A stretch of DNA of 20,000 nucleotides from the IMG/VR virus record IMGVR_UViG_3300010938_000027, one strand, 5' to 3'. The stretch comes from an uncultured virus (IMG/VR IMGVR_UViG_3300010938_000027). Taxonomy: Duplodnaviria > Heunggongvirae > Uroviricota > Caudoviricetes. Both the position numbers and the translations under genes were made by a program. A model generated the notes under the pieces. The model saw only the letters and a program-made list of their open reading frames with translations, was not told the DNA's origin and did not search any database. Below, one piece after another: positions 1 through 8,195 of the stretch. How positions within the stretch are numbered: the stretch's first letter is position 1; the number at the start of each line of letters is the position of its first letter.

Positions 1-114
1 GAAACCTCATTGCCACGGTGTTTCGGAATGTATGACCAGACTGACCCAGATTGTAAGACCTGTCAGGTGGCGAGAAGGTGTGCAAAGAAGACTGCTACCA
101 ATAATGAGGAATAG
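1..114 (+). CDS. 3' end of a truncated gene with a Cys4 C-terminal motif (possibly a phage ssDNA-binding protein)
   Basis: Frame 1 reads ETSLPRCFGMYDQTDPDCKTCQVARRCAKKTATNNEE* (TAG 112-114), ending 3 nt before the RecA-like ATG. The C-x10-C-x2-C-x5-C spacing suggests Zn binding. The SSB guess rests on position only. Confidence 0.45.
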   Translation, partial: ETSLPRCFGMYDQTDPDCKTCQVARRCAKKTATNNEE

Positions 115-117
115 GGT

Positions 118-996
118 ATGTTGCGACTGAAAGACCTGATTAAGCCAATAAAGGCATTACCAACAGGTTCTGCACTACTTGACCATCAAGCAATTCTGGT
201 AGGTGGACTCCCTTATGGTAAAATAATTGAAATTTTTGGTAAGGAAGCATCAGGGAAGTCCACCCTTGCACTTTCATTCATCAAGCAAGCACAGGTAGAG
301 AATATGGCAGTTCATCTTATTGATAGTGAAGGCTCATTTGATACACACAGAGCAGAACGGATTGGTATTGACCTCAAGGATGTATGGTTGTTAGATGAGG
401 CGGAGACGATTGAAGATGGGTTCAATGTTCTACTCACTCTTCTGGAAAAGAAGTCAGAAGGGCTGTTGATATGGGATAGTATTGCCGCATCACCCACAAG
501 GAAGGAGATTGAGGAAGGGCAGGTCGGTGAAGTAGCAATCGCAGAGAAGGCAAGGGCAATGAGTTTAGCACTCGCACTGAGATTAGTATCTGCAAACCTG
601 AAAAACAAGGACTGGATACTTGTATTTATCAATCAGGTGCGTGAACGCATACAGATGTTTGGAATTGGCGATAGATACACAACCCCTGGTGGGATGGCAC
701 TGAAATTTCACGCCTCTCTGCGGATGAAGATGGATTTGGTGAAACGAGAGAAGGAAGGGATATGGTCAAAGATAACAATTGCCAAGAGCAGGGTTGGTAT
801 TCCATACAGGTCGGTGGAAGTATTTCTGCGGTTTGATAGTGGACTGGATGATTACACTTCCTGCCTGAAGTGGGCACGGAAATTGAAACTCATTGAAGGC
901 AGGAAAGCACCACCTTACGAGGAATTGCTGAACCTTGTTAAGACACCGATACTTGATGTTCCAGTAGTTGGAGGTGATGACGATGAAGAAGAATGA
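118..996 (+). CDS. recA: RecA/UvsX-like recombinase (compact phage type)
   Basis: Walker A GKEASGKST, IDSE, Walker B LLIWDS, RecA signature VFINQVRERI...TTPGGMALKFHASLR, acidic tail. Shorter than cellular RecA. Confidence 0.93.
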   Translation: MLRLKDLIKPIKALPTGSALLDHQAILVGGLPYGKIIEIFGKEASGKSTLALSFIKQAQVENMAVHLIDSEGSFDTHRAERIGIDLKDVWLLDEAETIEDGFNVLLTLLEKKSEGLLIWDSIAASPTRKEIEEGQVGEVAIAEKARAMSLALALRLVSANLKNKDWILVFINQVRERIQMFGIGDRYTTPGGMALKFHASLRMKMDLVKREKEGIWSKITIAKSRVGIPYRSVEVFLRFDSGLDDYTSCLKWARKLKLIEGRKAPPYEELLNLVKTPILDVPVVGGDDDEEE

Positions 997-1993
997 ATAT
1001 GACATAGTTGTTATTTCAGACCTACATTTCGGGTATGATTACAGGACTAAACCCCGTCTAACTGCATTCCAGCGATTGGTTGATGAAGTATCAAAGATTG
1101 TGAAGAAGGCAATTGTGTTTCTCGGTGATATATTCCATTCAAGATTCCTGCGTGGTGAGGATGTCCATATTGTTATTGATGGGTTTGAAAGGATGAAAAG
1201 CAGTGCAGAAGGATACATCATACTGGGTAATCACGATTTGGAATCAAAAGAGCGATATGTAGTCAGGTTCTTGTCAAAACAATTCCATTTATTTACGGAT
1301 GTTCAACTCATTGATATTGCTGGGTATAAGTGTTTGGTTATACCATACAAGTTAGGACAACCTCCACCACCATTGCCACAATTCAGTCAGGTTGACCTCG
1401 TGTTGGGACATCAGTATATTCAGGAATTTGTGAACTTTCCAATTCAGACACAGGAAGGGTATTCTATGGATGTATTCAAAGACAAGGCAGAAGCAGTCAT
1501 AATGGGACATCTACATACTGACCACACTGAACAGGCAGGTATAACAAAGTTTTATACAGGATGCACAATTCCAGTTTCATTTACAGATAACCTCGTTGAG
1601 AGCAGGTATTATGTCATTAAGGATGGAATGGTGGAAGTAATCCATAATCATAGTGTCAAGTTTATTGACCTGCGAAGACTTGATAAAAGTGTAAACATTG
1701 AAGATATAGTTTGTGATGGATGCACTTCAATTATAAGGGCTTATGAGGATGACCCGAGATTATCAAAACCTGCAATCAAGTCCTTAAAAAATCTAATAAT
1801 ACAGACCTTTGCACCAGTGAAAGTAGAGACACCTAAATCAAAGTTTGAACAGGTAAAATTAACTACTGCGGAACTACCAATTGAGGATGCATTACAGGTG
1901 TATGTTAATACCACTTATTCCGCATTACCAGAGACAGAGCGGGTATCAATCATTGAAAAGGGTAAGGAATACCTGAATACTGCGAGGAGGTGA
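983..1993 (+). CDS. Mre11/SbcD/T4 gp47-like metallophosphoesterase nuclease
   Basis: Motifs DLH, GDIFH, GNHD, GH and GHLH. Start placed at ATG 983, 6 nt after SD GGAGGTG (970-976). Directly upstream of the SbcC-like gene. Confidence 0.9.
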   Translation: MKKNEYDIVVISDLHFGYDYRTKPRLTAFQRLVDEVSKIVKKAIVFLGDIFHSRFLRGEDVHIVIDGFERMKSSAEGYIILGNHDLESKERYVVRFLSKQFHLFTDVQLIDIAGYKCLVIPYKLGQPPPPLPQFSQVDLVLGHQYIQEFVNFPIQTQEGYSMDVFKDKAEAVIMGHLHTDHTEQAGITKFYTGCTIPVSFTDNLVESRYYVIKDGMVEVIHNHSVKFIDLRRLDKSVNIEDIVCDGCTSIIRAYEDDPRLSKPAIKSLKNLIIQTFAPVKVETPKSKFEQVKLTTAELPIEDALQVYVNTTYSALPETERVSIIEKGKEYLNTARR

Positions 1994-1998
1994 GTTCT

Positions 1999-3783
1999 AT
2001 GTTGAGATTGAAACTTGATGACTTCGTGGTTCATAAAGGGAATGAGGTTGTATTTGAGGATGGCAAAGTATATGTGGTATATGGTGAAAATGGTGCAGGT
2101 AAATCAACCATAATTGAAGCATTGCTCTGGTGTCTATATGGATACACAATACGGGGTGGTGGTAGTGAACGCATACCTGGACTGGTGTCAATTGAGATTA
2201 AGGCTCATCCTGGTGAACTCATTATAACTCGCAGGAAGCCAGAGAAGGGCACAGAATTACTATCAATGTTTTTGAATAACAAGAACATCACATACAAGGC
2301 ATTGAGGGACACACAAGCAGAGATACACAAATTCTTTGGTGAAGTTGATACCTTTCTGCATACACAAATCTACTCTGCGGATGGATACACATTCAGTTCA
2401 ATGACTGATGCGGAACGGAAAGAAGTTTTACGGAAACTACTGAACCTTGAAGTGATTGCGAAGGCAAGACAATTAGTCCGCACCGACCTAACTGCCAAGA
2501 CTACTCAAAGACAATCCGAAGAAGTCAAACTGAACCTTAAAACCGAACGGATAAGGGAGATAGAACAGTTGATTGGTGAGTTGCAGAAACGGTTGAAAGA
2601 GCAGGAAGCAGTAAAGAACAATTCCGACAAAATTGAACAGGAGATAAGGGAGAAGATGACGAGTATCAATGAAACACTTATCAACCTTGAGGGTGAATTG
2701 GGTGAAATAAACGAAGAGATTGAACTTGCAGACCAGAAGATTGACAAGTATCAATCTGAGTATACCAGACACCAGTCAACCATTGCTTCACTTTCAAAGG
2801 AGTTATCAATGAAACAATCAACCCTTCAACGCATACAAGACAACCTGTTGAAATTGAAAGGAAAGGCGACCTGTCCACTCTGCAATCAACCTATGCAGAA
2901 AGACCCAGCGGTATTATGGCAACCTGAAATCAGTGAGTTGAGTGATTCAATCAAGAACCTTGAGAATGAATTGAAAACCTATCAACGGATGGTGAATGAA
3001 GTGTATGAGAAACTAACAGAACTAAAATCCTATAAGGATGAACTGATGTCAAAACGCAGAGCCATCATACAGAAACAGACTGCCTTGAATTCATCCCTTA
3101 CCACCTTGAATGACCAGTTGCAGAAGGCACAGGTTGAATTGAGTAAGATACAAACCACAATTGCAGGTATTGAGGGTCAAATCAAACAACTTGAAACTGA
3201 ACTGAATACCCTTCAGGCAGAGGTAAAATCAACTTCACTGAACATAGACCAGTTGAAGAAGGACGAAGGAATGTTGTCAATCCTGTATGATGTATTTGGT
3301 AATGAGGGACTACCTGCGTGGATGATAACTGAATTTGTGAAGAGACTGGAAATTGCTACAAATAAGTATCTCAAACTACTACCCACTGCTATTCCGCTTG
3401 AGGTAAACATAAGCACAGTTGAACAACTCAAGGGCGGCAGTGTCAGGGACAGGTTGACCATAATTCCTTCAACAGGTGGTGGTAAGGTGTCAATGGTTAG
3501 TGGTGGTGAGAAGAAACGGATTGATACCGCATTATTGTTAGGATTAAGGGATGTAATTGGTATGAATGAATGGAATTTACCAGTATTCTTCGATGAAGTG
3601 TTTGACAGGCTTGATGAAGAAGGTGCGGATGCAGTTGCGGAACTCCTTTCCGACTATGCAGACATAACTGGAACTGCAGTAGTTGTGATTGGGCATTCAA
3701 AGGACATACTTGGATTATTCCCTGATGCAATACCGATTGAAGTCATCCGTGAAGGAAGTAAATCAAGAATTGTGATGGGATGA
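1999..3783 (+). CDS. Rad50/SbcC/T4 gp46-like SMC-type ATPase
   Basis: Walker A GENGAGKST, long coiled coil with central zinc hook CPLC, signature VSGGEKKR, Walker B VFFDEVFD, H-loop VVIGH. SD GGAGGTG 1986-1992. Confidence 0.93.
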   Translation: MLRLKLDDFVVHKGNEVVFEDGKVYVVYGENGAGKSTIIEALLWCLYGYTIRGGGSERIPGLVSIEIKAHPGELIITRRKPEKGTELLSMFLNNKNITYKALRDTQAEIHKFFGEVDTFLHTQIYSADGYTFSSMTDAERKEVLRKLLNLEVIAKARQLVRTDLTAKTTQRQSEEVKLNLKTERIREIEQLIGELQKRLKEQEAVKNNSDKIEQEIREKMTSINETLINLEGELGEINEEIELADQKIDKYQSEYTRHQSTIASLSKELSMKQSTLQRIQDNLLKLKGKATCPLCNQPMQKDPAVLWQPEISELSDSIKNLENELKTYQRMVNEVYEKLTELKSYKDELMSKRRAIIQKQTALNSSLTTLNDQLQKAQVELSKIQTTIAGIEGQIKQLETELNTLQAEVKSTSLNIDQLKKDEGMLSILYDVFGNEGLPAWMITEFVKRLEIATNKYLKLLPTAIPLEVNISTVEQLKGGSVRDRLTIIPSTGGGKVSMVSGGEKKRIDTALLLGLRDVIGMNEWNLPVFFDEVFDRLDEEGADAVAELLSDYADITGTAVVVIGHSKDILGLFPDAIPIEVIREGSKSRIVMG

Positions 3784-3803
3784 AGTGAAAAGGAGGTGAT
3801 AAT

Positions 3804-4355
3804 ATGACAGGTGATATTGTAGTTGATGAGAATGATGACATCAGATTAGTTTCAAGGAATGAACCTGAACGAGACTTTGAGACAGAACGAACCATTGCCA
3901 AAACATTGGAACACCTGCGACAACACTTTGAAGACAAAGTTCCTGACAAAGAGTATTGGCAGGTGGGAATAGGACTTGCGTTTGCCATACTCAAATGTGC
4001 CTTCTATGGTGGAAACAAACAACGGAAAGTCCTGAATGACCTCATATCACTATTACGATACTTTGAGCAATCCATACTACCCAGACCGCCGATTGCCTCA
4101 TACCAGATTTCAAAGTTAGTAGAACAACTTGATAGCAAGGCAGAGTTATTGAAGGATGAGGAATTTTCTTTGCATGAGTTTACAGAGTTAGTCCTGCGGA
4201 CTGCACAACTCTTGTTCCCTGAATTGTTCACAAAAGACAAAATCAAGTTCAAGGAATTGACTGAAGAAGTGATGGACTACATCAATGACCCATCCAATGC
4301 TGATAAGGTGCTTGAAATCCTTACCTGTTGCAAACACTACATTTACAGGAGGTAG
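3804..4355 (+). CDS. hypothetical protein (183 aa)
   Basis: Strong SD AAGGAGGTGA upstream and tight packing; no recognised motif. Confidence 0.75.
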   Translation: MTGDIVVDENDDIRLVSRNEPERDFETERTIAKTLEHLRQHFEDKVPDKEYWQVGIGLAFAILKCAFYGGNKQRKVLNDLISLLRYFEQSILPRPPIASYQISKLVEQLDSKAELLKDEEFSLHEFTELVLRTAQLLFPELFTKDKIKFKELTEEVMDYINDPSNADKVLEILTCCKHYIYRR

Positions 4356-4357
4356 AA

Positions 4358-4606
4358 ATGGATAAAGTTCCTTTAAGGAAAGTAATAATAACAATAGAAG
4401 GGGTAGGAAATTTTTACCCTCTTGACCTTGTAAAAGGAAGAGGAGATGCGAAGACTAAGTTAAAAAGAACCTTGAAGGAGTTGAGAAAGACCTTACCAAA
4501 AGAAAAATGGCACTTGATAGAAAGACTATGCTGGATATGGGGACATATGGTGTTTGAAAATACTAAAAGGGAAATTGTTAGAAATATAAAGGAGGTGATA
4601 AAATGA
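4358..4606 (+). CDS. small basic hypothetical protein
   Basis: ATG 4358 after SD AGGAGG; ATGA overlap with the next gene; A-rich composition. Confidence 0.65.
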   Translation: MDKVPLRKVIITIEGVGNFYPLDLVKGRGDAKTKLKRTLKELRKTLPKEKWHLIERLCWIWGHMVFENTKREIVRNIKEVIK

Positions 4607-4893
4607 GGCAGGACGAGGTTGGAAGAAAAATATATAAAGAAGGAGACATTATTATAGGTGGAAGTGATATTTTTGAAACTTGTGGATGGGTAATTTGTTT
4701 TTGGAAAGGTTCAAAATACATTAAAGAAAGCAGAGGTTTCTATTATGTAGAATATGACATAAGCGACAGCGGGGGTTATAATTTCTATGTTAAAAAACTT
4801 TCTGTTAGGGATGTAATAAGAATACTTCTGAAAGAGGGTTGGGACGATGGAAAAATTGATAAGGTGCTTCAAAGGTATAAAGGATTAAAATAA
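4603..4893 (+). CDS. hypothetical protein (96 aa)
   Basis: SD AAGGAGGTGA; ATGA coupling with the upstream gene. Confidence 0.7.
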   Translation: MRQDEVGRKIYKEGDIIIGGSDIFETCGWVICFWKGSKYIKESRGFYYVEYDISDSGGYNFYVKKLSVRDVIRILLKEGWDDGKIDKVLQRYKGLK

Positions 4894-4906
4894 AGAAGGT
4901 GATAAA

Positions 4907-5452
4907 ATGTGGATAGTAGGCATTGACCCAGGCATAAAAGGTATAGGTATTGCATTGATTGAGCACACAGACCGCAAGTGCTCCTATGTAAAGGGTGCAT
5001 TGTTTGTAGAAACAGACAAGGAAGTATCTGAAATTGCAAGTGGCGTGAGTGGTATATTTGTGAATTACACTGACTACATCGCAACTGGTGATACCACTAT
5101 GAGTTTTGTTGACCATATTGTTAAGGAGTGGTTTGAAGGATTAACACCTGTTTGTGCGGTAATTGAGAAAGGTGTATTCACTGGATTTGGAAATGAAGTT
5201 CTGCTGGTGGCAGGCTGGTGTGGTGCAGTGTTATACAAACTCGGTATATCCATCTATTTTGTTAATCCCAGCACTGTCAAGTCAAGGTTGATGGGTAAAG
5301 GTAAAGGCAAGGCAAAGAAGAATGAGGTTGAGGCATTTGTTAGAAGTAAGTTGAACCTGGTTCTTGACCAACCACCTTCTAACAAGTATGCCGAGCATCT
5401 ATGGGACGCGATGTTATATGGATTGTATAATCCTGTGTTGTATGGAGAATAA
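4907..5452 (+). CDS. ruvC: RuvC-like Holliday junction resolvase
   Basis: N-terminal IVGIDPG...GIA, central VIE, PSTVK...GKGKAKKNEV and C-terminal HLWDA follow the RuvC catalytic layout. Confidence 0.85.
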   Translation: MWIVGIDPGIKGIGIALIEHTDRKCSYVKGALFVETDKEVSEIASGVSGIFVNYTDYIATGDTTMSFVDHIVKEWFEGLTPVCAVIEKGVFTGFGNEVLLVAGWCGAVLYKLGISIYFVNPSTVKSRLMGKGKGKAKKNEVEAFVRSKLNLVLDQPPSNKYAEHLWDAMLYGLYNPVLYGE

Positions 5453-5456
5453 AGTG

Positions 5457-5786
5457 ATGGTGTTTGTCATTACTGGAATTGTTATTGACCTTGTGTTATT
5501 GACAGACCGATATGTTCTATTTCTACAAAAAAAGTGGAACGGAGTTTTTGTGTTATTACTCTGTCAACTCCTCGTTGTAGTATCAATTCCAATTATGAGT
5601 GATTGGTTGCCAATAACAATTGTGTTTATCGCTTTGCTTGAGGTTGCAGAAAAACAATACCCTGGAAAGGAAGAAGTAAGTTCCATTGTGAAACAGGTGT
5701 TGAACTTGTGTTTTACCCTGTTTGTAGTGTGGCATCTGGGCAAAATGGTAGAGTTGTTGACCAAACTAACAGGAGGTGTAAAATGA
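5457..5786 (+). CDS. small multi-pass membrane protein
   Basis: Three to four hydrophobic stretches (VFVITGIVIDLVLL; GVFVLLLCQLLVVVSIPIM; LPITIVFIALL; VLNLCFTLFVVW). Start uncertain (5442, 5454 or 5457). Confidence 0.6.
   Translation: MVFVITGIVIDLVLLTDRYVLFLQKKWNGVFVLLLCQLLVVVSIPIMSDWLPITIVFIALLEVAEKQYPGKEEVSSIVKQVLNLCFTLFVVWHLGKMVELLTKLTGGVK
5757..5784 (+). promoter_or_regulatory. putative sigma70-type promoter upstream of queC
   Basis: TTGACC (5757-5762), 16-nt spacer, TAAAAT (5779-5784). The second repeat copy has TTGACT-N16-TAAAAT at 5798-5825. Confidence 0.45.
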
Positions 5787-5827
5787 AAGTAGAGTTATTG
5801 ACTAAACTGATAGGAGGTGTAAAATGA
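5783..5827 (+). CDS. 14-aa mini-ORF MKVELLTKLIGGVK
   Basis: Has its own SD AGGAGGTG; ATGA overlaps with both the upstream membrane gene and queC. Confidence 0.4.
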   Translation: MKVELLTKLIGGVK

Positions 5828-6519
5828 AACAAGTGGACACAACAAAAGGAAAAGGCGTGGTAATTCTGTCAGGTGGGCTGGACTCATCCACTGCACTGTG
5901 TATTGCCAGAAAAACTCTTGATGAAGTGATTGCACTCACATTTGATTATGGTCAACCTGCTGTGAAGAATGAAATCAAAGCATCAAAGAAAATATGTGAA
6001 GCACTCAAAGTGAGACACTATGTAATAAAACTACCATACTTCAGTATGTTCAGAAAGAAAGTCAAACTGCTTTCTGACAAGATACCCTGTGTAATGAGTA
6101 TTGACCAGTGTTCACTGAATACTGCAACTGCTGTGTGGGTTCCAAACAGAAATGAGGTGTTTGCAAGTATTGGTGCGAGTTTCTGTGATGCCTTCGGATT
6201 CAACTGGGTAATAATGGGATTTAACAAGGAAGAAGCAACTACATTCCCAGATAACTCAAAAGAATTCATCTCTGCCATGAATCAAGTTTGGGAATACTCC
6301 ACACAGGTGAAACCAGAATTGTGGGCACCCTTGATTGACAAAACCAAACCTGAAATAGTTCATACTGCCCTGAAAGAAGGGCTTGACCTTTCTATGGTGT
6401 GGGCATGTTATAGGAATGGTAGAAAACACTGTGGAGTATGTGAATCCTGTGTCAGGTTCAAGAATGCCTTACAGGTTGCGAGTGTTTTTGATAGGTTCAG
6501 AAGGGTATTCAAAAGATGA
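5824..6519 (+). CDS. queC: 7-cyano-7-deazaguanine (preQ0) synthase QueC
   Basis: PP-loop ILSGGLDS, TFDYGQ, WVPNRN, FPDNS (canonical YPDC position), and Zn site ACY...HCGVCESC. Confidence 0.92.
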   Translation: MKQVDTTKGKGVVILSGGLDSSTALCIARKTLDEVIALTFDYGQPAVKNEIKASKKICEALKVRHYVIKLPYFSMFRKKVKLLSDKIPCVMSIDQCSLNTATAVWVPNRNEVFASIGASFCDAFGFNWVIMGFNKEEATTFPDNSKEFISAMNQVWEYSTQVKPELWAPLIDKTKPEIVHTALKEGLDLSMVWACYRNGRKHCGVCESCVRFKNALQVASVFDRFRRVFKR

Positions 6520-7073
6520 AAACCTTGTTTTCTAAGAAAAGAATTCTGTATGACGGCAGTCAATTATCGGAACGGTGGATATACAAAACTTTTGGTATAC
6601 TTGGAGATGCATGTGTGTCATTCATTGGTGGTTGTGATGTTGAGCCCTTATACATGGTTGACCTTGAGGATGTGGCTCATGGAAATACCATTCAAGCAAA
6701 AACAATGCTTCATTTCATTGCAGAGATATTCAGTTTACCGCGGGAATCTTGTGTATTATTTCAGAGGCTGTTCATCACAATCATAAAGGATATTCTTGAA
6801 AGGATGACAGGTAAATACTTCAGGAGAGAAGGCGATGACCTGTATCTGAATGAAAAGAAAAAGAAACTGAATGTTTCAATTGCCACACCTGCAACAATAT
6901 CATTCCTTGTCCATGTGGGCATAAATGTAGATGGAAAGGACACCCCTGTTCCTGTGGTATCTCTGAATGAATTAGGGATTTCACCACACCTGTTCGCCAA
7001 GAATGTGTTGAAGGCACTTTCAAGTGAGTTTGATTCTATCATAAAAGCCTTATATAAGGTCAACCCGAAATGA
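6516..7073 (+). CDS. DUF366-family protein (BPL/LplA/class II synthetase-like fold)
   Basis: YDGSQL..W.Y..FG..GD, MVDLED, MLHFI.E, R.GDDLY, KL.VSIAT and H.GIN match my recollection of DUF366. ATGA-coupled to queC. Confidence 0.8.
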   Translation: MKTLFSKKRILYDGSQLSERWIYKTFGILGDACVSFIGGCDVEPLYMVDLEDVAHGNTIQAKTMLHFIAEIFSLPRESCVLFQRLFITIIKDILERMTGKYFRREGDDLYLNEKKKKLNVSIATPATISFLVHVGINVDGKDTPVPVVSLNELGISPHLFAKNVLKALSSEFDSIIKALYKVNPK

Positions 7074-7561
7074 ACTACCTCCGACTGCCATACCTCACAA
7101 CACCAGATAAACCATTAGCCGAGACGAACTGGCAATACATCAAGTATTTCAAACCAACTGAATTTGCCTGTCCTTGTCCTGAACACAAAGGTAAGCCTGT
7201 GTATGATATGAGTTCAAACCTTGTGTTTGCCCTGGTAAACCTGCGTGAACTCATTAACAAACCCATAATAATCACTTCTGGGTGGCGGTGTCAGAAGCAT
7301 AATGCAGAAGTTGGTGGCAGACCTGACAGTCCGCATTTATACAAATGTGCTGTTGACATAACCATACCTGGTGTAAACTTTGATAGACTGGTTGAGTTAT
7401 ACCTTGCCTGTGAACATATAGGGTTCAAGGGAATAGGGTTCTATCCAGTAAAGAAAATTATTCATATTGATATGTCCAACCGCATACAGCGGTGGTTATG
7501 TGATGCATCTGGTGATTACATATACTTGTTTACACTTGCTGACTACATAGTAAGAAAGTGA
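7070..7561 (+). CDS. peptidase M15A-type Zn peptidoglycan peptidase (candidate endolysin)
   Basis: YF..TEFAC.C, ITSGWRC..HN..VGG...S.H, AVDI and IHID (H/D/H zinc ligands). Confidence 0.88.
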   Translation: MNYLRLPYLTTPDKPLAETNWQYIKYFKPTEFACPCPEHKGKPVYDMSSNLVFALVNLRELINKPIIITSGWRCQKHNAEVGGRPDSPHLYKCAVDITIPGVNFDRLVELYLACEHIGFKGIGFYPVKKIIHIDMSNRIQRWLCDASGDYIYLFTLADYIVRK

Positions 7562-7578
7562 GGAGGTAATACATAATA

Positions 7579-8184
7579 ATGGATGATAACAACCATAAAC
7601 CTGAACAGGTATTCAGAGGCTTCATTATTGCTGTTAGTATTGGTGCATTGTTATGGGTAGGCATTGTAGTTGGAATAACCTTACTGGTGCGTAGTTGTTC
7701 CAAACCAAAACCAGAAAGACAAGTAAGGGTTGAAAAGACCGAGATTGACCTGATTGACCCATCACTACTGATTGACCCCAGGTTAAATTTATTACCGAGT
7801 GATGAAAGCAGGTTAGCAGTAGTTGAGTGTGGTAAGTCATTATCACAATACATACCTGACCCTATCGGGTTTGTATTAACAATCGCCTGTGTAGAGAGTG
7901 ATTTTGGCAGGAATGTTGAGGGTAGTCCTGATGGTGAGATTGGCATAATGCAGATACACCCTGTATGGTTGAAGGAAAGCAGGTTAACTTACTGGGAACT
8001 TAGACACGACTATGTGAATGTATGTTTCGCTGTTGTTTTACTTGACTATTACTTCAGGAAGTATGGTGATTTATTCAAGGTCTTAACTGCATACAATATG
8101 GGCGAGGGCGAAGTGAACCACAAGAATACAAAATACCTGAACCGCTTCTTTGATTGTGTGGAAAGGGTTGGCTGGCAAAGGTAA
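7579..8184 (+). CDS. SLT-domain lytic transglycosylase with N-terminal transmembrane anchor
   Basis: Catalytic VESDF, GIMQI and AYNMG motifs; hydrophobic FIIAVSIGALLWVGIVVGITLLV; SD GAGGAGGT. Confidence 0.88.
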   Translation: MDDNNHKPEQVFRGFIIAVSIGALLWVGIVVGITLLVRSCSKPKPERQVRVEKTEIDLIDPSLLIDPRLNLLPSDESRLAVVECGKSLSQYIPDPIGFVLTIACVESDFGRNVEGSPDGEIGIMQIHPVWLKESRLTYWELRHDYVNVCFAVVLLDYYFRKYGDLFKVLTAYNMGEGEVNHKNTKYLNRFFDCVERVGWQR

Positions 8185-8195
8185 TAAATAGAACT

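Larger units (their letters stand above)
5748..5829 (+). repeat. 41-bp tandem duplication (2 copies, 37/41 identical)
   Basis: 5748-5788 gtagagttgttgaccaaactaacaggaggtgtaaaatgaaa versus 5789-5829 gtagagttattgactaaactgataggaggtgtaaaatgaaa. Confidence 0.95.

Noticed and set aside
4907..5452. RuvC fold as TnpB/Cas12 or a transposase
   Set aside because: Only 181 aa with a stand-alone resolvase layout, no zinc ribbon and no IS ends.
5748..5829. Repeat as a CRISPR mini-array or att site
   Set aside because: The copies abut with no spacer, and no cas or integrase gene is present.
7743..7778. Three GATTGACC copies in the SLT gene
   Set aside because: They reflect a short IDL/IDP linker in the protein; too short to support a separate function.
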